From Lama glama (taxonomy: Eukaryota), in the NCBI GenBank assembly GCA_028534125.1, contig CM052816.1, positions 55,678,001 through 55,742,000 of the forward strand: a stretch of DNA of 64,000 nt, read 5' to 3'. The position numbers were made by a program, and so were the translations under genes. The first letter of the stretch is position 1; the number at the start of each line of letters is the position of its first letter. The notes beneath the pieces are model-generated. The model ran no database searches. It had not been told where the DNA came from and saw only the letters and a list, made by a program, of their open reading frames with translations. Positions 54,902 to 64,000 of the stretch are shown one piece after another.

Positions 54902-56464
54902 TGATAAATATCTGTAGTGTTGTGCACACTTTCAGTCTAGAAGAGAAAGTATAAAAGTCCATTTAAATACTTTTCTAGCATCTGGTCTCTTGAGGGGGTG
55001 AGCGAGCTACCAGATGTGAAGGTGATAGACTCCTGTGACAGCGCGAGAGGGGTGGGAAATACGTTATTAGCCTGAGTTAAGACTCACAGAAATGAAGGTG
55101 ATCCAAGTGGAGTATATGAAATCAAGGGAAAATTGCTGAGCATCACTATTGAGAGATCGGTCATATCCCAGAAACAGTCACTTAAGTTGGCTCCCTTTCA
55201 CTTCGTTTCTTCCTTTGCTATTCTCAATATTAAAATTATAGAATGTTTCTCTTACCTTATTCTGCTCTGTTCCCTTTCTGAAAATTGCCAAGTGTTACAT
55301 TGAATAAATAATAATAAAATAAATTAAAATTTTAGAGATCTACCAAAAGCAGTATTGTGTTATATAAGAAAAATAAGATACAATAAGTAGTTCATTTTTC
55401 TTTAACAATTTTTAATTGAGCTGAATATATGAAAATATTTAAGGTTTGCTGTGTATTTCTTGAACTCAGTCTTGTCATCTGAGGCATCTTACGTTTAATG
55501 ACTATGACCTAGGCTTCATTTTACATGATAGCTAACTCAGGAAATGTGTAACAGGATTCTGTTTCGGCATACCAATTAAGGAGGGGTCTAGGGTGAAATT
55601 AAAATTTAGTAGATGCTAAAATATAAGTCACTCTGTGATTTGCAATGAAAATAAATGACGAGTCATTTAGATTCAGAAGAATTTTACTATCTGAAGATTA
55701 ATGATCCTGGGGAATAGTCTGCCAAAATTATTTGCCTGGTAAATAGTAGATGGAGGGGAGGATTATATAGGTTGTATTAGGATTATTTCTGGAAAAATAA
55801 AACTAAAAACTACTTATATGTATTTTATATTTAACAACTTAAGTTAGAATTATAATTATTTGAATAAACAAATTCTGGCATTAATTTTTTTCAGCAAAAT
55901 TCAGTAACCCTGTATACAACATCTTTCTCTTTATCTTTGGCTTCTTTTATAATACGATCTTAAAGAGGGCTACTCATCTCTTGATATTTGTCATTCATAC
56001 TCTTTAAATTTCTGTCTTATCATCATCCTTGTGGATTTGCATCCATTGGTTCTAATATGGCCAGATTTTCATTTATTATTGTCTTCACTTACGTTTGCCC
56101 AACACTGCTTTCATCAACTTCCTAAAATCTTGTATCTTTAAGAGATCAACCATTTCACTTTGCACATGATTTTTGTTGTATTGACACTGAGCTGTTGGCT
56201 GTTTATTAAATTCAGCAATCGGGAAAGACCCTGTGCATATTTTCTCTCATTTAAAAGTACAGAGGCCCAGTTTTCAGAGACCAAGGGTCCGTGTAATTCC
56301 AACAGTATATGTTTTTCCTTGCATAGCATGAAGTTGGAAGATTCAGTCTTACTGATTTGGAATTCTTCAAATATTATTATGATATCAAAGGAGCGGTCTT
56401 CTTTCCCTAAAATCTTTGCTTTTAAAATCTTCACTGGGAACAATTGAAACAGAGGTTTAATACT

Positions 56465-56692
56465 ATACTTAAAGCAGAATAATAGCTGTAGGGAGGGGTA
56501 CTGGGGAGTGATTTCTAAACAGATACAGAGTTTCTGTTTGGAGTGATAAAACATTGAGAACTAGATGGTGGTAGTGTTTGCATAACATTGTGAATATAAT
56601 TAATGCCGCTGAATTGTGCACTTAAAAATTATTTAAATGGCATTTTATATTACATATATATACTACCACAATTTAAAAAAAGAAGAAAAAAA
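56465..56692 (+). mobile_element. Old L1 3' end (L1MB-like)
   Basis: tacagagtttctgtttgg...gatggtggtagtg...ctgaattgtgcacttaaaaat...A-rich tail. Confidence 0.75.
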
Positions 56693-56896
56693 TAACATTA
56701 TTCCTTTGGTGTTGTTCTGCAAAGCTATTAATTCAGTGTTTGTAATTAATCCTTTGATGGGTATTCTCATATGCTTTCCATTTAAAATTTGACAGATACT
56801 ACCTTAAACTAAGGCATTTGTTAGTTTTCTTCGTTAGTTACATAATATGAATAAAAAGTAGTTCAAATTTTCAAAAGATTTTTACTTCTTCCACAG

Positions 56897-57025
56897 AGAG
56901 TGTGGCCTGCTTCTCAGCGGGATGTGTTATATCTTTCTGCCATTCGAAAGATACCAGCCTTGACTGAAAATGACCCGGAAACTTGGATAGTTTGCAACTT
57001 TTCTGTGGATCATAACAGTGCTCCT
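56897..57025 (+). CDS. CERT1: CERT1 coding exon 15 (129 nt): [43 protein letters not shown]
   Basis: cttccacag|AGA ... CCT|gtaagt. Contains the START-family WPxSxRD motif. Confidence 0.96.
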
Positions 57026-57462
57026 GTAAGTACACCGTATAGTGTGTATAGTTGTACAATATAAACCTCAAAATACAGCACAGGGCAAAAGTGATGAACG
57101 CACACCACACACAGATACTTGATGTAATATGCTTCTTAGATTTTTGTTTATTGAAGTTGGCTCCATTGTGCTATCTGAGGGCAGCAGTCATGGCTGTGAA
57201 CATTCCAGCAGGGTTGTTTTCCTTTCCTCCTGAGGTGGGAGGAGACAGCGGAGTGAGTAGCATAGGTAGGCCCCTCCTCCCAGTTGCCTCTTAAGCCGTG
57301 ATCAACTTCTGGCAAAACCTCTGCGTTTTCTACCTCAGTTGAGCCCCTTTTACTACGTAAGAAAGGGGAAAACCATTCCTGGTATCGTATCAGCCTAGCA
57401 TGTATTTTTTATTGGTGCTTATAAATTTTATTGAGATGCTGATGAGTTATGCCTTTGGTTAA

Positions 57463-57717
<255 letters not shown>

Positions 57718-58235
57718 TAGATGTTCTTACTAAGACCTACGTGATAACTGACAGTTTGAACTAATACTGTTTACATATCTCTTTTTAGTCTTTGTTCCTT
57801 AGATTTAGTAATTTTTAATTTGGAGAGATACATATCAAAATTATCAGGATACTTTCAAGTTTCACCCTAGAACTACTGTATCAGAATTTCTGAAGTTGGG
57901 GAAGGATGGGTCAATTTTAAAACTTCATCTCTAGATCACTGTTACATATTGTTGCTTTTAAGAACTATTTTATTAGATATTTGCCTATTAGAATATATGT
58001 GTAATTAGGAATATAAGCATCAGTCAAAGGAAATTAGCATTTCTTTTTTTTCCCAAATTTGCAAAGACTTTTAGATGTTTACAGCATAATGTTAAGTCGG
58101 GTAAGAAAAAGCAATATAAAATCCATTTCAATAATTCTAAAAAGAAGAAAAGAATATATGTTTGTGTGTGTGTATATATATGAAAAGTTGGGAAGAAATA
58201 TATCTAAATGTTAATGCTGAGTTGTTGCTTGATTG

Positions 58236-58287
58236 TTGAATTACTGGAGACTGATGTTTTCTTGAATTACTAGAGATTGATGTTTTC
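58236..58287 (+). repeat. 26-bp tandem duplication
   Basis: ttgaattactggagactgatgttttc / ttgaattactagagattgatgttttc. Confidence 0.85.
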
Positions 58288-58869
58288 TTCTGTTTCTTTT
58301 TTACTTTATAATTTTTGGTTTTTTAAAATTGAGATATAGTTGACATAAAATATTATGTTAGTTTCAGGTGAACAGTTCTTTTTCTTATTGTCAGGCTTTT
58401 TAGTTTCCTGAATCTTTGCTCCCTGGTCCTTTTTTAGTTGCTCGTGACATATTTATTTCATACCTGCCTACTGCTGGACGGCCCTGTGTATCACCTGTTC
58501 TCTTTCCTTGCTACACCCCAAGTCAAATCTTTAAACCTTCTTTATACGGGCCATCGCTGCTAGTATGTTTAGGAGACTCTTACGCCTAAGTAAGTTACTA
58601 TATGATTATAGTAGAATTTAATGAATAAATCTGCCTTAAGTAACCTAAAGTGTTTCTTTACTATTATTTGCATATAATTGAGGAAACCAAGAACGTTTTA
58701 GAAAGGTAATAAATGTATATTTGCTCTCTGTTCTCATCTAATGGTTAGTATTAAGGAATGAGTGGTCAAGATTTTAAAGGTGCTGTTCCAATGTGAGGAA
58801 TTTTTAAAAAGCAAAGGAACAAAAGGGGTGCTTCACATGTATTTGGACAATTTTATTTTAACAGTTTGA

Positions 58870-59016
<147 letters not shown>

Positions 59017-59467
59017 TATTAACAGGTACTGGAAAATATGTTATCTATTTTTGTAAACTTTATTTGACTAATATGGCTCTACAGACATTACAATGTAATT
59101 AATTGTTGAAAGTGGTTTCTGTGTTATTTGATGTTCCCAGATGTGAAGAGTTTTTGTTCTTATAGCCTTTAAAACTTAATTTTTCATTATCTTTCTGCTT
59201 ATATTAGGTAATATCTGCTTAATTTAAGGAAATGTAAGTATTATGGGACTATAAAATTTCAGAAGTGCAAATTCCTTGTATTCCTCCCTTCCTAGAAATT
59301 ACTGTTAGGTTTGTCATATATTCTTCCAGACTTTATGTATGTAATGGCAATATTTCTTTGGTTCTTTTAAAAAACACTGTTTTGAGCTTGCTTTTTCTAC
59401 TTAACAGTGTATCTTGACTATTAGTACATTTAAAGATATGAGACATAGAAAGGTGTCTTGAGTTTTT

Positions 59468-59825
59468 TTTTTTAATTTTTTATTGATTTATAATCATTTT
59501 ACAATGTTGTGTCAAATTCCAGTGTTCAGCACAATTTTTCAGTCATTCATGGACATATACACACTCATTGTCACATTTTTTTTTCTGTGAGTTATCATAA
59601 CATTTTGTGTATATTTCCCAGTGTAATCTTGTTTATCTATTCTACAATTTTGAAATCCCAGTCTATCCCTTCCCACCCTGCACCCCCCTGGTAACCACAA
59701 GTCTGTATTCTCTGTCTGTGAGTCTATTTCTGTCCTGTATTTATGCTTTGTTTTTGTTTGTTTGTTTTTGTTTTTGTTTTTTAGATTCCACATATGAGCG
59801 ATCTCATATGGTATTTTTCTTTCAC
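59468..59825 (-). mobile_element. Young lineage-specific L1 3' end (camelid-type) in the 3'-UTR intron
   Basis: Perfect 14-bp TSD tgtcttgagttttt (59454-59467 / 59826-59839); ttagattccacatatgagcgatctcatatgg. Confidence 0.88.
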
Positions 59826-60907
59826 TGTCTTGAGTTTTTAACATCTTTTATATGAATGTTGCAGAATTTATTAACCACAGTCTCATGTTAATGTCTGGTT
59901 GGTTCCCATGTTTTTGCTGTCAAATAATGCGAAACTGAGTATCTTTGTGGAAAGAGTTGAAATCTTTAATTTTTTTAAATAAGTGATGTTAGCATGGTTC
60001 AGAAGTCAAAAATATGAAAAGATGCACAGTGAAACTTACCCCTTGCCCCCAATCACCCATTTTTGCTGCCCACTGCCCACATACACACAAAAGTGTATAG
60101 CTGCTGTTAGTAGTTTCTTGTGTCTTTCTAGAGATGTTTTATTTTCACCTGAATAAGCAAACGTAAGTGATTCCTCCCACAGATACACTTTTTTGTTGTT
60201 GAAAAAAGGTTGCGTTGTATGCACAAGGTTCTGCATCTTGGTTTTGCATGTGCTTTACCCGAAGGTCTTTGGTACAGAGCTGCTTTATTCTTTTTTCATG
60301 GCTATAAACAAATCCCATTGTGTACATATGTATAACTTATCTAACCAATCCTCCGTTTGTAGATGTTAAAGTCATTTCTGATTTTTGTAGAACAGTGTTG
60401 CCATCATACCCATGTGCGATTTTGTATGTGGGATGAATTACTAGATGTGGCATTCTTGGCGCTTTTTAGGGGTGGTTGTGCATTGTAAGTTAGGTACTGC
60501 CCTCTGTAGAGGCTGTATGAATTTACCATCTCACCAGCAATAATGTACTGGAGTGCCTCTTCCTCTGACCCTCTCACACAACATATGAAATAAAACTTCC
60601 TGATTTTTTCCAACTCAATAGGTGAAAAATACTTCCCCTGTGTAGTTTAACTGCAGTCCTTTTAATATGAATGAGGTTAAGCATCTCTTCATCCATTTGA
60701 GAAGCGTTTGTATAATTCTGTTTCTGAGAAGCTCTGTGTTAACGTTTACATTTGTAATGGATGTTGCCAAAGGATAATATCCTAGCAGTAAGTGTATATG
60801 AACGTCCTCTCATTCTCACCCACAGTGAATGTTAAATCATTGGCTGAGAAATTTATATTCTTGAGTCAGTTTGTTTAGATAAAAGTAATATAGTTAATAA
60901 CTAGATA

Positions 60908-61117
60908 TAGTTGACCCATGAACATCTTGGGAGTTAGGGGCGCGAGCCCTCTGCACAGATGAAAATCAAGTAGGGCTTACAGTCTGCCCTCCATGTCCTT
61001 GGTGCCTGTGCATCCGATAATTCAACCAACCCCAACCCCAGATCGTGTAGCTCTGAAAAGAATTCGTGTATAAGTGGGTGCACGCAGTTCAGGCCCATGT
61101 TGTTCGAGGGTCAACTG
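60908..61117. mobile_element. Tigger-derived MITE (MER8/Tigger2-like)
   Basis: TIRs tagttgacccatgaaca ... tgttcgagggtcaactg flanked by TA on both sides (60906-60907, 61118-61119). Confidence 0.85.
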
Positions 61118-62480
61118 TAGTGATTTATGTTTTTAATTAAGTCTGGTTTCTGATATTGTTTATAGTGTGTAATTCTTTAAAAAAAAACTCAGAGGCTAAA
61201 TTTATTCTCAGATACTAATGTAAGGGTTATTGCATTGATGTCCCAGATATTTAGCTGTTCCCAAGAAAATGGGTTTTTGCCTGAAAATGTTAAACAGGTT
61301 CTGGTCTTACTTCTCTGTTTGGGACAAAGCCTGACGTTTGAGGGATTCTCTTAAAGTGTAAGTGCACTGCCTAAATACGCTGTTTTTAGGGTAACTTGTA
61401 CTTTGGAATTGTTATGGCTAGATCTGGACACATACCTTTGTGTTGATTGTCTCTGTGTTGTATTTATCAAATGCACCAAAAACCTGATGCCACATGATGG
61501 CAGCAAGTTTGTCACCTTTCTTAGCTGGGTGTCTGTCACCACAGCCTTAAGATTTCTAAAGCGTTGCTGTTTGCTCAAACCAAGACCAAGACTCCAGCTA
61601 TATCTGTTTTCCCTCTTCTTCACCTCTACCTTCAGGCTTGCAGAGTAGGCAGAAAATATAACTGTGTATTAAGCAAAAGAAATCAGAGTGCAGTTATATA
61701 AGAACGTGCTGTCAACTATGTTTGAGAAGAGTAATTTTGAAAACATTTGCAAAATACGTGCTAACACATTAATAGCATTTGCTTCTAAGCTGTCAGATTT
61801 GGAGCATCGTTTTATTGACTGACTGTGTGGGCACCCACGAGTGTACACATTTCTTCCTTTGTGGACCTGGAAGGATGGGGTTAAAATCCTTGGAAAAGAA
61901 TTAACCTCAGGGGAAGGAGGTGGTAGCACTGTTTGTGGACGTGTGTGTGAAAGATAGAACTGGGAGGTCTCCCTGGCCAAAACTTAGCTCTGGCCTTTCA
62001 GACCAGTTGAGATTTTTGGAAGATGTATGAAGTGGAGCCTGGCTTTGAAAACTTAGGAAAGCTAACAGTCTTAATTTTGGTGATAGAGAAATAGTAACTT
62101 TCAGTAGTGTCTGTCATCTTTAGAGAAATCCCATGGAGATTTAGTGGACTAAGAAGAAGGAAATGCCAGTTTGTGGGGTACAGATCCAGACACTTCTGCT
62201 TCCTACCCTCTCTGCCTGCCTTGTAGCACAGTACCCTTTGTAAATTTTTTCTGTCTTTCAGAAGATTTCTTATACCTTCTGTTCCTTTCTGGTGGGATAT
62301 TTGCAAGTGTGTAAAGATAATTTTACACTTAAGGGTGAAGAATCTTTAACATATAAACTTCAGTAGAGTTTCTGTGCATTCCATGAATTTGGAGGGTAGG
62401 GGGAGTCTGTTCTGGTGGCCTTGCAGCTGCTAGTGGTAATACAGTGCTGAGTGTCTTACTTCTTGCTTTCTTTCCTACAG

Positions 62481-63370
62481 TGACTGAAGCAAGGCTGTGT
62501 GACATTCCATATTGGAGGAACAAAATAAAAAACAAAATTGGACACTCTAAGCTGGAACATAGGATCTACAGCCTTGTCTATGGCCCAACACCTTGGCCTC
62601 GTGTGCAAAAATGAAGAAGTACTGCAATAGCAAAGCTGAACACCTAAACACTAGCTGTCTCCTGCTAGGTCTCCTCGCTCAGCATATAACTATAAATACA
62701 TGTAAAACTACATGTATATGGCTCTATTTTTATTTGCTTGCTCCTAGAAGAGAAAAAAATCAACTTTGAATCACAACTAGGAATTGATGCTTTAATTTTT
62801 GGAAACTTTTTCAGAATTTTTAATTTACTATGGTTCGGCCTAAGATCCTCAGTTGTATCAGGTTTTGTGCACAACAGAAAAGCACAAAAGTTGGACGCAC
62901 GTGGGGCATGTGCTTTCTGTGCACCAAATATCTGGATGGGGTTCTTTTTTCAGGCCTACAGTCTAATCTGTGTCCAGAATTTTTTGACTTTTTTGCTTTG
63001 TATAATCATAGAATTCATTGCTGCTGATTTCTATAATGATTCATGTTGTCGTGTAAAGTGTCTCTTAATAACTGAGGGCTGTCAGTAACCTGTGATTTCG
63101 CCTTTTCTATAGTCTTACTCCCATGAAGAACCTTGGTTCTGATGGAGAAAGAGTGAAAAGCTTTATTTTTTCCCCCAGATATCTTTATATTTTTATTGTA
63201 TTTTTAGTTGTGTAGTGTGTGCTACAAGTTTTTTCAGCGTGTTACAAACACAATTTGGTAACTTCTAAATTAGTTCTGCCTGCCTCCAAACAGAAACATC
63301 TGTATAACCTGACAGGTGTAAACCACATTCTGGTTAAACGGTCAGAATAAAATGAACTCATGTTTTCATG
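62481..63370 (+). other. CERT1: CERT1 non-coding terminal exon (3' UTR); 3' end approximate
   Basis: Donor CAG|gtactg at 59025/59026; strong acceptor cttacttcttgctttctttcctacag|TGACTGAAGC at 62480/62481. No recognisable repeats downstream. The junction matches the recalled mammalian CERT cDNA 3' UTR. The UTR may extend further. Confidence 0.75.
63346..63351 (+). terminator. Candidate polyadenylation signal AATAAA
   Basis: gtcagAATAAAatg at the end of the 3'-UTR block; usage not demonstrated. Confidence 0.5.
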
Positions 63371-64000
63371 AAATTTGTAAGAGGAGATATGGTATCACTC
63401 GTTAAAGCAAACCAGACTGAGCTTTAACGTTTGGTTCTCTATTTCTGGTATTCAGTAACATGTATGTTTGTTAGTTCTTTTAATTTGGGTCAGTTGAAGA
63501 GATACGTTGTAAGATACGCATAGAAAATGTGTGCACTGCCCCGGTTTGCCTCTTGATCAGAAACGTGAGCAGAGCAGTGAAGAAGTCCATGTGATTCAAA
63601 TTGAAATTCTTTCTTTAGTCGCTATAAGCACCTAGATGTAAAATACCTTTTTTAGTAAAAACCTTGAATCATGGAGTCGAGGCAGGGAATAGTACTCACT
63701 GAAGTAGAAATGACTGCCCACTTCCGAGTCTTCGTTGTGTTCATACACAGATGTGCTTACAGAAGTCAGAGGCATTTTGTAGACGCTTTGCTGACTTGTT
63801 CGTCTCTATAGAAACACAGAAATCAGAGCCATTTTGTAAAGCAGAAAATCGTGTCACATGGAACATGTCCTGTATATATGTCATATGTGGTAATGGAGTC
63901 TTAATGACAAATGCAAGGTGATAATTTAATGATGGGATTCGTCTGATCACTTAATATACACAATCCTGGAAGTGAATTACTTGCATCAGATATAGTGGTA

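Noticed and set aside
62738..63088. 116-aa ORF in the terminal exon
   Set aside because: Non-ATG start, downstream of three in-frame stops, with composition typical of AT-rich 3' UTR.

Overview
Mammalian genomic DNA, AT-rich and CpG-depleted. The lineage-specific tRNA-derived SINEs and L1 3' ends suggest a camelid; this is an inference. The + strand carries the 3' part of CERT1 (COL4A3BP/GPBP/STARD11, ceramide transfer protein). Fourteen coding exons (human numbering 4-17, all GT-AG) splice into 1,527 nt, i.e. 508 aa plus stop. They encode the serine-repeat motif, coiled coil, FFAT motif, the 26-aa cassette exon 11 and the whole START domain. A 3'-UTR intron opens 9 nt after the stop and is followed by a non-coding last exon. 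The most unusual region is intron 8. About 10.6 kb of its 15.7 kb is ERV1-type LTR material from about eight separate insertions, all apparently antisense. One is a two-LTR provirus (27900-35994) with a 4-bp TSD, a tRNA-Ser-like PBS, a PPT and decayed gag/IN/env remnants but no visible RT. It is itself interrupted by two solo LTRs and a SINE. Intron 7 holds a candidate 36-nt poison exon followed directly by UG repeats, resembling TDP-43-repressed cryptic exons. Most supplied ORFs are spurious. Repeat family names come from recalled consensus sequences, not a database search.
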